Part shown: positions 1 through 12,600 of the stretch, piece after piece
Layout: every line of letters starts with the position of its first letter
Numbering within the stretch: position 1 is the stretch's first letter
DNA from: Macrostomum lignano
Lineage: Eukaryota
Direction of reading: 5' to 3'
DNA: 64,000 nucleotides
Assembly (NCBI GenBank): GCA_002269645.1
Contig: NIVC01000870.1
Coordinates: forward strand, 1-64,000
The notes under the pieces: generated by a model
Told to the model about the DNA's origin: nothing
The model's database searches: none
What the model saw: only the letters and a program-made list of their open reading frames with translations
Made by a program: the position numbers and the translations under genes

Positions 1-520
1 CATTATCTCTAATGTCTCTTAAACTTCGATCAACCGCTTCCAGATCTTTTCTGTTAACCATCGATATCTCATCCCACACAATAAGCTCGGTTTTTCTGAA
101 GATGGACGCCAGTTTGGATTGAGCACCAACGGAACATACTTCCCTTTCGAATCTCATAGTCCTTACCGGAATCTTGAACACCGAATGTGCAGTTTGACCC
201 CAGGAAGCAGGTGTGGCCGCAATTCCGGAGGACGCTACAGCAAGAGCCATCTGCCCTCGGCTGCGGACAAACGAAAGGATAACTTCCAGCAAGTAGGTTT
301 TGCCTGTTCCAGCCGGCGCATCGACAAATTGCAAGTCACCAGTTTTGTTCGAAATGTTAGTAATAACTTGATCGTATATGCTTCTCTGTTCGTCAGTAAG
401 CAAAGGCAATCGTTCAGTTAAGATGTCAGACTGTTCCATCGGATCGAACTGGATTGGCCCAGCCTTGGGTATTTCGCTTGCTGCTGGTAGACCATAGTCT
501 GGTAGATTGCGACCTCCCAT
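1..520 (-). pseudogene. Helitron PIF1-family helicase N-terminal part (absent from the ORF track because it runs off the edge)
   Basis: Manual translation from ATG at 520: Walker A DAPAGTGKT (296-322), VASSGIAAT, GQTAHSVFKIP, Walker B WDEISM (59-76). Confidence 0.92.
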
Positions 521-528
521 GAACTTAA

Positions 529-1960
529 TCATCGACTGAAGCTCTCGAAGAACCAAGTCGTCACCTCGTCATCATTTAAACCCGAGTTTCGATAGCGCCA
601 ATCTTCACTCATGAACTCGGAGAAATCCCGCCACAGTTCAGTAGCATCAACTGGTTCGCCCCAAACTAAGATGACCGCGAATAAATGACGCAGGGCCTTG
701 GGCATTCGTGTCGGAGCGGCCTCATTCAAACTGAGTCTCCAGTGATAGTCGTGCTCCAATAGCTGCCGAGCAACGCATGCAGACCTATACGTCGTGTGTT
801 CGACTTCGTCCACAGTGCGCAAATGTTTGTAGCATGTGGGTCCTCTAACGTGCAGCAGCAACAGCCGGAGGTAAAACAAATCGCCCGTTCTTGGACTCAC
901 TGTGTACATGCGGGCAATGTTAGTAGTGCGTTTTACACCACGAAAGCCACTAACTGAAGTTCCTTGCTGAGCACGACGCCATTCCTTTGCTTCCTTGTGC
1001 CATACATAGTAAGATGGTGCTTCTATATAAAGCAACCGTTTAGCAAACTCGTCGACGCAACAGAGTTTGAAAATGCTGTAAGCATTGAGTCACTTGGTGT
1101 GCGTGCTTTGGCGCGTGCATTTTCTTCATTGAAGTAAACCGGCTGCTGACCTGGTAAATGAACGCAAAGTCTGATTACTGCTGGAAAGCGGTTGTGGATT
1201 TGGAAGCCTACGATTGTATTTACTGCTTCCATTGGGCCTATGTATCTGGACGATAAATACTCGGCGATTTCGTTGACCACGGTTGGTTCTGCGCGATGCT
1301 CCTGTGGCTGCTCCTGTTGTTCTTGTTGCTGTGGCATTCGCTGTTCTGATTGCTGTTCTCGTTGCTGCTGCTGTTGTTCTTGTTGATGCTGTTGTGGCTT
1401 GGGTTGCTCTTGTGGATCTTGCTTTTCATCGATTCTGGAAACTTTAAATGTTGCCATGTCACCACTCTTTAGCAAATATTTAATTATATATTTGACGGCC
1501 TTGACGGTCGCACATACTTCAACATTTAAGTGACATGCGAATTCTCTCAATAGATCATGATTATAAGGCACAACCCATCGATTGTCCATTTCAACCTGAC
1601 GACCGCTGCATTGCTTTGTGACAGTGAAGCCTCCCATCACAGGGGACCGTCTCCGGTAAAAAGGATAGCCGGAATCATTCACGAGCGTCTCAGGTAAAAA
1701 GTCTTTTGGAAAATTCTTCGAACAACTATTTTTTCCATGCAAGAACACCTAGGGTTGAGAGCTCCGCAAGGACCATGGATCATGTGTGTTCGAACCAGCT
1801 GATAAAGAACAGGCTGCTTGCTAGGGTCCGGGATCTCTGTTGAGACGAACTGATCATATTTGTCTGGTGTAACTCGATACTGAGGCCAACCAAAGAAGAA
1901 TGTGCACGTGTGGAAGGCCACGCTTCTGGTACTCCAATGCGCAGACATGCGCTTGAACTT
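529..1960 (-). pseudogene. Helitron Rep (HUH endonuclease) region split over three frames
   Basis: ORFs 1679-1948, 1023-1748 and 529-1035 carry STEIPDP, HGPCG, GYPFYRRR, DNRWVVPYN, HLNVEVC, NEIAEYLSSRY, RMYTVSP, YLRLLLLHVRGP. Confidence 0.9.
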
Positions 1961-2397
1961 CGCCGAAATTAGTTTTTAGCCGTTTGAGTAATTGAGCGAA
2001 CACGCGCGGCATCTAACCTGTCAGACCGTGCACTTATGGATTCGTTCTGTATACGCTTCCGACTATACTCTAGTTGTTTCTCAAGCCGCGAATTACGCTC
2101 CTCCGCTGTTTCCTGCCGACGACGCAATTTTGCTTCCGCGACTCTTTACTAACTCACTCTTTCGCTTCCTCTTCGGCATGAGCGACAGCACACCCGCGCC
2201 CAGGTATCAAAAACTAAGAGACACATTCACATGAAATTGTTGAGACCGGTCGACCGGTTCAGGCCGACAAATAATCGAACAACAAACAGAAGATCAGACA
2301 GGTCGACCGGTTCAGGCTGACAAACAAACAAACAAACAGAAGATCAGACAAATCACTCCAATCCAGCACGAATACGAATGAATCGAAGTTGAACAGA

Positions 2398-2442
2398 CTC
2401 ACCGGTTGAACTCACCGGTTGAACTCACCGGTTGAACTCACC
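2398..2442. repeat. 13-bp tandem repeat (ctcaccggttgaa) x3.5
   Basis: Directly visible. Confidence 0.85.
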
Positions 2443-3269
2443 TTAAAGAACTTCAAGGTTATAAAATCAATGCGAGAAAAATACACTATATAATTAGCTT
2501 TATATATTGAAAGACTTTATTTAGACTCGAGCCGCCGCTGCTGCTGCTGCTGATGCTGCGGCCGCGTAGTCAACTTCACGGACCACCATAGATATAAAAT
2601 TGAAAATTTAACTCTGACTGCGAGAAAAATACACTAATTAGATAGGCGAAATACAGTATTTCTCCAATTTGAGAGGCTTCACACTACGACATCAAAATGA
2701 AAATTAGACCACATAATCCCAGTAGAATTCCACATCGAATGAAACAAATTTGACGAAAATCTACCAAGTGGTTCAAGAGGAGATGCGAAACTTATAAACA
2801 AAGTTACAAACATTTTCAGATTTAGTATATAAGAAGAATGATGACAGTGTCAGTGACAGTGATGATGATAGTGACAGGTACTGCCGTTGGCTTGGTATTT
2901 GTAGGCCTACTATGAGCTTGCTTTGTTGGTTTGTTGTAGCTGACTGGTGGTAATGGTGCATACTGCAGTTGGTCTCGGTCAGTTGGTCGCGGGTTCGATT
3001 GTTGTCTAATTGACTGAATAACATCAGTTCTTGCATAAGAGCGATCTAGCTCGGTTGTCTGTCTCTCAATATGAATCGAGGTTACTCTGGCAAGAGATGT
3101 AGAATATGATGCTCTTGCAGCAGAATTGGATGTGGTGGCCTCGTGGCAAATGCGTTTACACTGATCTGGAGGTGGTTGCGTGAAGACACCATTCTTGAAT
3201 GCTGTAATAATGATTGGATGAGGGAAAATTTGGTATAGGTGCGTATATACAATGTATATAGAAACTGAA

Positions 3270-3485
3270 CTAGCAAACATTTAATCTAAACAGAAACCGA
3301 ACTAGCAGTCAATCAATCGAGAAACTGAACTAACAGAGAATCAATCTAAACAGGAACCGAACTAGCAGAGAATCAATCTAGAAACTGAACTAGCGAAGAA
3401 TCAATCTAAACAGAAACCGAACTAGCAGAGAATCAATCTAAACAGAAACCAAACTAGCAGACAGTCAATCTAAAAGACTGAACTT
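3270..3485. repeat. ~30-bp tandem repeat (aatcaatctaaacagaaaccgaactagcag), ~7 copies
   Basis: Directly visible diverged units. Confidence 0.8.
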
Positions 3486-4190
3486 AGAGTAGGTGATTAT
3501 CTTACCTTCTTTTACATAGCGCTCGACCAATTCCTGCTTACGTGATCGCTTCATTTGACTTAAAATGCAAGTATAGTCAAACAACTGGTGTAATGTAGAC
3601 TTGGTTTGAGTTATTGAATATTTTCTGTCTGTGTGTTCGTGTATAAAGTATAAAGAAGCATGTTGACATGGTTGTTGGTATATTATCTGTAAACCATCTG
3701 CTCAAGTTGGTGCGAAAATATTATAGGTACTCAAGAATAGATCATTTTATTATCTTTCTTCAAAAGGGTGATAATAATCGCAAGTTTTCAATTCCACATT
3801 TCGATAACACTTGAAATGTGTGAATAGCTTTGAAGTAAATTTAACTTGAATGAAATTATATGAAGTGTGTTTGTGCCACCATTGCTAGATTCGTTTACTT
3901 GTATTTTGGACAGGTGCATATGCAATTCGTCTGAATAATCAATTATTCGTTGCGTTTTTTTAACGTGCACATGAAAATTTAGACTGCGTAATAATAGCTT
4001 CAAAATCTTCAAAATCTGTCTCTTCAGCTGATGTAGTGTTGCCCGTCGGCATCCGCAGCAGGGACTGAGAAATATTATTAAAAAAATTGTATTACGGGAA
4101 AAGACAGGGAAAAAGCTATCATCGACAACAATTAAAAATCGAGACAATTGTAAACTTACGTGCATACTCGGCAAAGAAATCCGCTTGTCA

Positions 4191-4502
4191 TTAGAAGGTC
4201 GATTGTTGCTCGATTGTATAGTTATAGGGCGGCAGTTTAGCGTTAACACAGTGGTTCATAATTGTCTTTAGCAAATCTAGGTCTTTAGAAACAGCAACGA
4301 CAATAGCGGAATACATGTCGCCATCGTAGGAGACTCTAGTTTTAAGATCTTGGGTAGTTGTGCTATTTTCCGAAATCGAGCGGACAAGCGCATCAGTCAG
4401 TAGAGATTTGTCTTCTTCAGTTATGTAGAATGTTTTGTCTTTTAAAAAATACAGCAGCCAAAATGTTTCATTGCTACAGTTGGTGGGCTCCATCTGAAGC
4501 AA
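4191..4502 (-). pseudogene. Possible accessory ORF exon of the CMC element
   Basis: FWLLYF...V.YDG..YSA.VVAVS pattern recalls N-termini of proteins encoded next to animal EnSpm transposases; same strand, directly downstream of the transposase. Confidence 0.35.
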
Positions 4503-4625
4503 AATAGATGAGCAGAAAGTCTCGCTAATAGCAAATTTTAGCAGAAAGGTATAATTATAAATTCTGATTCAGACACAGGAATTCCAACACATTTTGTCAC
4601 AAAGCCAACATCTTTAGCTCTAAAA

Positions 4626-6889
4626 CTAGACTTCCTGTAGTAGCCAATTCCAAGCATTGCCGAAGGATGTGTGGCCGTCATCTGTTTTGTAGGCATAAAG
4701 ATCCTTGGTCATGGACAAAAATACACCAGAGACAAACTTCTTACAGATGGAAACGTGTGACACAAGAATAACTCTGTTATCACTTGTAAAAACTATGTTG
4801 TTAGGAAATTTGTCTGTCACATTAAAAGATGAAAGAGCAACATTAGAGTAAATGTCTCGAACTGCTAGAAGCTGATTTATTTTATTTTTTTTTTATTAGA
4901 GGCAGGGGGGTTGTGTGCACCCTGGCGCAATTTAAGCGTCATTGGCACACAACCGGCGAGAGGCATTACTGCCCATTCCGCCGACTCCCCTGAGCAGGCA
5001 TACAAGCGCGCGATACGTTACGCAGGCACACACTCACACAGGAGTGTACAGCGGCCCTAACTTTATTAATTGTTAGGCATGTACACTTCACTGCGCCTTG
5101 GGGGGTTGGCTCTCAAGGCCGTTAATTGCACAAGCGAGCCAAGCCAAGATTCCAATCCAGCCCCAAATTAATGTGGCTGCACTTGAAATCGAGCCTGGGT
5201 CGCGGCACACCAGAGCAGCTGCGCTACCGCTGGGCTACGGCCCCCTGTAGAAGCTGATTGAGTGATTGTTAAAATATTCCACTAGTGGCCCGAATTCTTT
5301 TTTTAGCAATGATAGATAATTTTCAAAAGGAAAAGCAGAGATGTCCTCAGCTGTTACAGTATCTCCTAAATAATCGCATAGGTGCAGCAGACAATGAAAG
5401 TTAAACGAATAAAAGCAGCGGTCAAATAGTTCCTCCACTTTGACAACAAATAGCTCAATCATTACACTGGCATATGACTTTAGATGAAGAAGTCGCGGCG
5501 AGGAGAGAATATACATGGCCATATGAAGGAGAAGAAAGTGCTGGTAATAATCATCTCTTAAGCTGTTGCGTAAAACAAATGGACCAAAGTATAGAAGCCA
5601 GCCTTGAAACTCGAAAGCCTTAAAATGGCACAGTTCATTTGTATGGCGTATTTTGCTCTGAAAGTCAGATGGAATACATTTCTGCAATGCTGTGACCTGG
5701 GCGTTAACATTCTTTAGCAGCTGCTGTGATAATTTACATTGAAGCCAAATGCCTTTGATGGATGTAAAATAACATTTCAAAAGTTTTTTAGTAACTCCAA
5801 GATATACCATATGCATTGTATCAGGAACAAAGCTATTTGAAATGAAACGAGACCCAACATTGGGGATCTTACAGATAGCATATTATTTTATTGGCCAGCA
5901 AGGTAGGATAGATCAGTTCTTTGATTTGCAGGATTATAACTACTAGGAGGAAAAACTATACGCTCACGAAAGTATTCTACTTGTTTTCGACAATACATGC
6001 AACCAGAGTAGCCACTGTGCCCAATGACTGACATAATAAAGCTACGAGCAGGAGCATCACATACGAAAATAATAGATCCAAGTTGCCAAACTTTGTCATC
6101 AATAAAAATGCCAGACGCCTTTAGTTGTTGTAATTCCTTAGTTAAATTATCCAAAAAAGGTTCAAATTTGGTTTTCCTACTCCACAAAATATGCCCACAA
6201 GGTAATGGATTCTTGAAACCTTTGATTTGCATTAAAATAGTCCATAAGCCAATAGATGAAGAATGAAAAAGTGGCAAACCATCTATGTTGATTTTTATTT
6301 GAGGAATAGTTCCTGACGCCATGGAAAACTTTTCTGGTGCCTGTTGAAAGGCATATATCAAATTGCTAGCCATAGACAAATATGCCAGATTATTGGATGT
6401 TATTAAGCCCACAAGATTGGTGGAACCACAGTTTGGTTTGCCCATTTTCTTAAGAAGAAACATAGACTCTGGTATACCTTGAACATTGTATCGATTAAGG
6501 ATTGCCAATAGAGCTGACATAGTTCGGTAAGGAAGGTTGAAAGTCAAATAAAACAAGAAAAGCTGTTCTGCCAATGTTAGCTCAGGTGCATCAGGCAAGG
6601 GAATATCAGATTCTTTTTCATTGCTTTCATCAAATAAGCTATCCAATAGATCATTAAAGCCTATTTCTTCATTTTGCTCTTCCATTTCTATGCTATTACC
6701 ATTGCTTTGTTCATCCAAGGATATAACAGTAGCTTCCATAGCACAAGCAGTAGCATCTTGATTATCTCGTAGATTAGTAGCTTCCAAATCATTAAGTCTA
6801 GTTAGTTCTTTTAAAATACTTTTAATCTTGCGATTTTGTACTCGAGCAGCACTTTTATTTGGTGACATATTAAATAGGACAATATCCAA
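4626..6889 (-). pseudogene. CMC/EnSpm-type DDE transposase, frameshifted and interrupted by a SINE
   Basis: Motifs INIDGLPLF, FVCDAPAR, GYSGCMYC, VPDTMHMVYLGV, FKAFEF..WLLY.GP, HFLLLH, NFHCLLHL, ISAFPFENYL. Pieces 5888-6889, 5235-5816 and 4626-4820. Confidence 0.85.
4878..5247 (-). mobile_element. tRNA-derived SINE, copy 1 (370 bp)
   Basis: A box TAGCCCAGCGG (5227-5237), B box GGCTCGATTTC (5185-5195), A-rich tail (~4878-4897), 12-bp TSD tagaagctgatt at 4866-4877 and 5248-5259. Confidence 0.88.
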
Positions 6890-9249
6890 TGGGTCAAAAT
6901 TATTTCTGGATTGAGTACAAAGCTTGCAAGTTAAAACGGTATATAATTATTAAATTTATACTTCTTTGTGATTTAATCTGCAAAGTAGAATAAATGTGTA
7001 ACTTACTCTTTAAGTTATTCTAAATAGTAAGCTAACTATTTTGATATTTTACATAATAAGTCTTTAGCTAGCCAAAAAACAGACAAATTAGATATAATAT
7101 TGACATTAAAAAAAACTTTAAAAATATTTTATAGATAGCAATAACACATAAACATATTAATATGCTACAAAATTTCTAAATACTATGGGCCCTTAAAATA
7201 TTGCAATCCTTTGTGAAATTGATGGTATTAGGCTTATAGCCATAGGCTATAACTAATGATTAATTAAATTTTTAAATATCTCTAAATTAATACACTGAAA
7301 TTACATTGCTTCAAATTATTATTTGCTTAAGATAGCCTTCTAGGCTAGGTTATTATACAATAGAGATATTATAGCATTCTGACTCTAGATTGTATCTTGA
7401 AATTTGATGTAGCCTTGTAGGATATAATTTTGTATCCAGATTTTTTTAATTTATAAAAAGTCCATGAAATGGGACTTTAAAATATGGAGTATTTATAGAC
7501 ATGGTTGCCATGCAGGCTCTTATTGTGATGGCTGCTATGCCTCTAGTATGGGGACTTTATATTTAAGGGACACAGCTGCCATGTCTATAAGCTCCAATAT
7601 TACAGAAATGGCGGCCATGTCTATAAGTATAGTCCTAATCAATATTAAAGCCACGGCCACTATGCCTATAAGCTTTTGCATTATAGACACAGCCACATGT
7701 CTCTAAGTGTGGCATTTAAAATATTGTATCCCAACCCTTAAAATTGCATCTTGAATTTTGGGACACAATAAGATTTTGCATCTTACGTAGCCTAGCCTAG
7801 TGAAAAAATCTAGCTATTACAGATCTAAAGAATTTTATAACAATTATAATTTGACTAGTCTATACTCGTAGGTCTAATTTTAGGTTTTGCCTAATTAGCT
7901 AGATATATAGCAATTTAGTGGGACTATAAATGAATATAGGAATATTATACAATTTTCCTAGACTCTAGAGGCTTCAATTCTTATAAGTTTATTACTTAGC
8001 TATTAAGTCACAAGTGAAATGGGCAATTTTGGGCAAAAAGGTTATCAATATAAAAGTAGTAGCCTTGTCTAATTAAAGGAATATTCTAGAATCCTACAAA
8101 TAGAATAGGCCTATGACAAAAGCCTTAGGGTCAAGTCTAACATTAGCCTTTGGACTAAATAGCCAGGCCAAAGTTAGACCTAGCTAGACCTACATAAACC
8201 CTCCTATCTTAGATATTATATTTAGCTTAAGGCCTTTGATTTCCATTGGCATTTCATGTCCATATAAAAAAATAAATATATTAAACAGTTTTCTACTGAT
8301 TATATTAAGGCACACTGGTATATACGGCTATTCAGGACAGTAGGCCTGTAGAAAATTTGTGTACCAACCAAAAAGTTATATAGTTTACAATAGTAAATAG
8401 TTCTTGTACTTAACAAGAAGCTTAACATACGCTCGTAGTAAGATTTTTATAAGTGGATGCAAAGACATGATGCGGCTGATGCCCTATACTATAGCATGAC
8501 CTAAACAATGCACCGAAATATGACGCCTGTTAATAATTCAAAAAAATATAGGTGACTACACTTCAAAAACTGGAGATTGTTCTGCATTGAGAAAAACACG
8601 CGTCATTTTAACAAGCTGTTTTATTTTTTGGAAAATTCATCTCATGCCTTGAATAATTTAGGATTTTACAATATAGGCATCTATATATATAAATTAAGCT
8701 AAAAGTATTAATACGTTTTTTTAAAACATATGTAGAGCCTATCCATCCTTGCTTTTAAATCTAGAACATGGATTTCAGTGATTTGATTCTGCATGTATTC
8801 CATGCAGATTGCGACCATGTAGAATCACCATTAATTCTTTTGTCGAAAAAATACAGTAATCACAGTCGATTAGTTATTTATTTGCATCTTTATAGTCTAT
8901 AATGCAATTTTTAAATAAAATTACCACAATGTCTGACATTTCTTAAAATCCATGTTACAATATGGAATCGATATGGAATCCACTTACCAATTTTCACTGG
9001 GAGCCTCGACTCAAGCATCCAGCTCACCTTCAGATTCTGCAGCTTCTGAAGACCCCCTAGGCCTCGTCCTCTTCAATGTAGAGTCAATGACTTGACTCAA
9101 GTGAGCTGATAGCAGACTCCGGCAGGTTCCCTTTTTCTGCTGGCTTTTCTTTTTCCTCTATTTGCTCTTCTTGATGGCGCAGATTACCTTCCAGCGGTTG
9201 TTTTCTTGTTTTCTTTTGTCATCGCTGACGATCCTATCCTCCGATCCTC

Positions 9250-9390
9250 TGCAGTGCTTAGCCGTCCCCAATGCACATAGATAGGGCTGCAGTTCTTAGC
9301 CGTCCTCAATGCACAGAGATAGGGCTCATATCTCTGCAGTGCTTAGCCATCCTCAATGCACAGAAATAGGGCTCATATCTCCGCAGTGTA
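9250..9390. repeat. ~45-bp tandem repeat (gcagtgcttagccgtcctcaatgcacagagatagggct...) x3
   Basis: Directly visible. Confidence 0.7.
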
Positions 9391-10934
9391 TTCTTCTCTA
9401 TACTTTTGCAGTGCCGCCTATCTCCCCAGTGCTAGTGCGGCAGTATCATAATTCGCCCTACTGCTTGTATTTTTCAGACTGCACACCGCATTCACACTGG
9501 GCTGTTAATCAGGACTGATGCTAGGCAAACGTCGAACTGCAGGTGCAATAGAGTCTACTTCCTGTTCGTTAGGTTGTGTGCTGCAAGCGGCTGGTGATGA
9601 GGGCCTAGCAGGGAGGGTGACAGGACGTAAGCCTGAGAAGGCCCATCAGAGTCCCCATCCTGATTCCAGGCCTGGGAATCCTGCGGAGTACCAGCCAACG
9701 TAGTCTCACCGTCATTGGAAAACCCGTCAAGGTCAGATATCAGAGACTCGGTTATCAAGGAATCCAGACGCCTCGCACAGTTGATGGGGCCCCTCGACAT
9801 AGCTTTGCTAGTAGTGCTAGTAGAGTGAGTAGTTCGTTGCGAGTCGCCGGAATTAATGCTGGAATAAATGTGAGGAGATTTCATTTCGCCCGAATAAAAT
9901 GTAAGACGGTCACAAAAAGATAGTGATCATTGATGATGTCAGCCTACCATGTAACGCAATTGGCCGTTGAATGTGACCATATCTCACACCTATCGTTATA
10001 TGAGTAGTTGTTTACATCTAGCTATCGTGAGTGGGTTCTAGATCTGTTAGAAATGGACTCCACGGGTATTAAATATGATTGATGCCATATCAGCTTTAAA
10101 GCTAGGAGCTTCCATTGAAGAGATTATATTTGGCGATTATTGTTCTGGGATGTTGGCCCTCAGTGTGTTTCTGCAAAGCGTGTAGAACAAAGTAAATTGA
10201 ACTAAATACGGAAACAAACCATACGTTATATACTTCGAGTATTTGAACAGCTAGATAATGAGTTCACATTTCCAGGTTAGAAATTAAAGTTAAAATTTAT
10301 TTTTAAACGAAGGTAATGGCATCAATAAGCTGGAAAAAAGAATACTAGCTATCCCGTATAAAACGAAATGGTCAGAAAACTGGCTGTGACCGTCCCACTT
10401 GTGACCGATGTCAGAATCGCTGGGACTGTTTAATGAGACCATTTGTGTTCATGAAAATAAGGGTCGCATGTTACTGTCCACTGTGACCATGCTTTGTGAA
10501 CTTTTTGGTCAGGGTCACACCGCTACCGTTTAACTGTGACCGTATTTATGACCATTTTGTTCAAGGTCAAAATTAGTAACAAGAAACTAATCTATATATT
10601 AAAACAAGCAGTTAAAACCCGTGTATTTTTAACCCGGGGAATTCCAATCCCCGGAACTATTTTTGCATGTATTCTGAAATCTGAGGTCATACTTGTTATA
10701 TACTTGTTAACAAAAACTTGTTAATAGTTAGTAGAATAGACGTAAAAATAAAATGGAGTACAATCGTGCAAAATAAGGATTTGAAGCAAACAGTTGAAAT
10801 TGTTGGCTGGGGTGCTGCGGAGAATTTCGGGCTATGTCTGTCTGACTCAAAAACATGTATTGGCAAACTCTGGCCTCTGCCTCTGACTCTCCCTACGTCC
10901 CTTGGATCCTTTGAAACTTTTATGTCCTGTGTTT

Positions 10935-11325
10935 CCTTTTTTCTTCTTTTTCCTCTCTCCTCTCTCCTCTCCTCTCCTCTCTCCCCTCTTCTCTCGTACC
11001 TTCCCTCATCTCTCTTCTCTTTCATCTTTATCTCATCTCATCTCTTCTCTCTTCTTTTCTCTCTCCTCTCCTCTTTCCTCTCTACTCTTTTCCCTCTTCT
11101 CTCCTCTCTCCTCTCTCCCCTTCTTCTTTCGTCTCTTCCCTCACCTCTTCTCTCTCGTCTATGATTTCTCATCTCTCATTTCTCTTCTTTTATCATTTCT
11201 CTCTCTACTCTTCTCATTTCTCTCTGCTCTCGTAGCTTTTTCTGTCTTGTTTCTCTGCTGTGTCAGCGCCTTCGAGATTAGAGCCTCTCCCTCTCATTCT
11301 CCCTCTCTCACTCTCATTATCTCTC

Positions 11326-11356
<31 letters not shown>
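10935..11356. repeat. CT-rich low-complexity polypyrimidine tract
   Basis: Directly visible; gives spurious L/S/F-rich ORFs. Confidence 0.9.
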
Positions 11357-11864
11357 AACAAAATACTTCAGGCTAAAGCAAATTAAGAGTTACTCAAGCG
11401 AATATGGGTCCCCCCTCCAAAGTCAATTGAGTACTTGCCCACAACGCTACTCGGTAGGACGAATCGAATGCAAACTGACGGTGCCATCGATCCAGCGGCT
11501 TGGACTCCTGCTGATTGTTTAGACTTTGGTAACACCGGTGGAGAAACAGGTTCGAATTCTCGTAGGAGATCAGACAGGCTGGCATCCGCCATCATTTCAG
11601 CCATTTTTTCCAGCGACTGGAACAGGCCTGTGCGGTGGCTGCTGCTCGAGCGTGGCTTTTTCATTCGTCTCTTCCGGCTCCAACTCGTGCTCCTCAAAAA
11701 AAGCCGTGTCCAATTTTGGCGGAGAAAGCCTTGTCCAATTCTGGCGGAGCAACGAAATCAGCGGCAGCACCATCAACGTTATAGCTATGTACCGGCGTCT
11801 GAAGACCGAGAGCACCAGCCGCTGGAACGTCAACGCTTGCAGCTTGATGGTCAATGGTGGCATG

Positions 11865-12600
11865 TCCAAGAGCAGCAGCTGGACGGTCGATGCCGGCAGG
11901 TCCAGGAGCAGCAGCTGGATGGTCGATGCCGGCAGGTCCAGGAGCAGCAGCTGGATGGTCGATGCCGGCAGGTCCAGGAGCAGCAGCTGGATGGTCGATG
12001 CCGGCAGGTCCAGGAGCAGCAGCTGGATGGTCGATGCCGGCAGGTCCAGGAGCAGCAGCTGGACGGTCGATGCCGGCAGGTCCAGGAGCAGCAGCTGGGT
12101 AGTCGATGCCGGCAGGTCCAGGAGCAGCAGCTGGATGGTCGATGCCGGCAGGTCCAGGAGGGTCTATGAAATTTGCTTGCGAGAAGTTTGCTTGCCGAAG
12201 TTTGCTTGCGGGACTTTTGCTTGCGGAAATTTGCTTGCCGAAGTCTGCTTGCCGAATTTTGCTTGCGGAATTGAGCCAGGAGCAGCAGCTGGATGGTCGA
12301 TGCCGGCAGGTCCAGGAGCAGCAGCTGGATGGTCGATGCCGGCAGGTCCAGGAGGGTCTATGAAATTTGCTTGCGAGAAGTTTGCTTGCCGAAGTTTGCT
12401 TGCGGGACTTTTGCTTGCGGAAATTTGCTTGCCGAAGTCTGCTTGCCGAATTTTGCTTGCGGAATTGAGCCAGGAGCAGCAGCTGGATGGTCGATGCCGG
12501 CAGGTCCAGGAGCAGCAGCTGGATGGTCGATGCCGGCATTTCCAGGAGCAGCAGCAGCAGCAGCTGGATGGTCGACGCTGGCAACATCAGCTGGATGCTG
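11865..12600. repeat. Compound minisatellite: 36-bp unit (caggagcagcagctggatggtcgatgccggcaggtc) blocks alternating with ~15-bp (gaagtttgcttgcc) blocks
   Basis: About 8 units at 11865-12160, then a duplicated block of 15-mers plus 36-mers. Confidence 0.9.

Larger units (their letters stand above)
1..2642 (-). mobile_element. Helitron (RepHel), internally deleted and frameshifted; runs off the window start
   Basis: Minus-strand order: STPR-like N-terminus (MPKRKRK...RRRQETAEERNSRL, ~2180-1990), HUH motif EYQKRGLPHVHILLWL (HVH at 1902-1910), HGPCG..NP..C, YxxKY motif (KYIIKYLLK), then PIF1 helicase. The 5' end (A|TCTAATTAG at 2642) is tentative. Confidence 0.9.
2718..9001 (-). mobile_element. 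CMC/EnSpm (CACTA-superfamily) DNA transposon, degenerate; boundaries tentative
   Basis: Transposase at 4626-6889 and an accessory-like ORF at 4191-4502. Candidate ends cccagt... (2718) and ...actggg (9001) share a gattccatatcgat-like subterminal motif; no TSD confirmed. Confidence 0.55.

Noticed and set aside
5185-5247. tRNA gene (also 30140-30189)
   Set aside because: A and B boxes are present but no full cloverleaf; continues into a shared body with an A tail, so it is a SINE head.
10696-11522. L/S/F-rich and R/E/G-rich ORFs
   Set aside because: Products of the CT-rich low-complexity tract.
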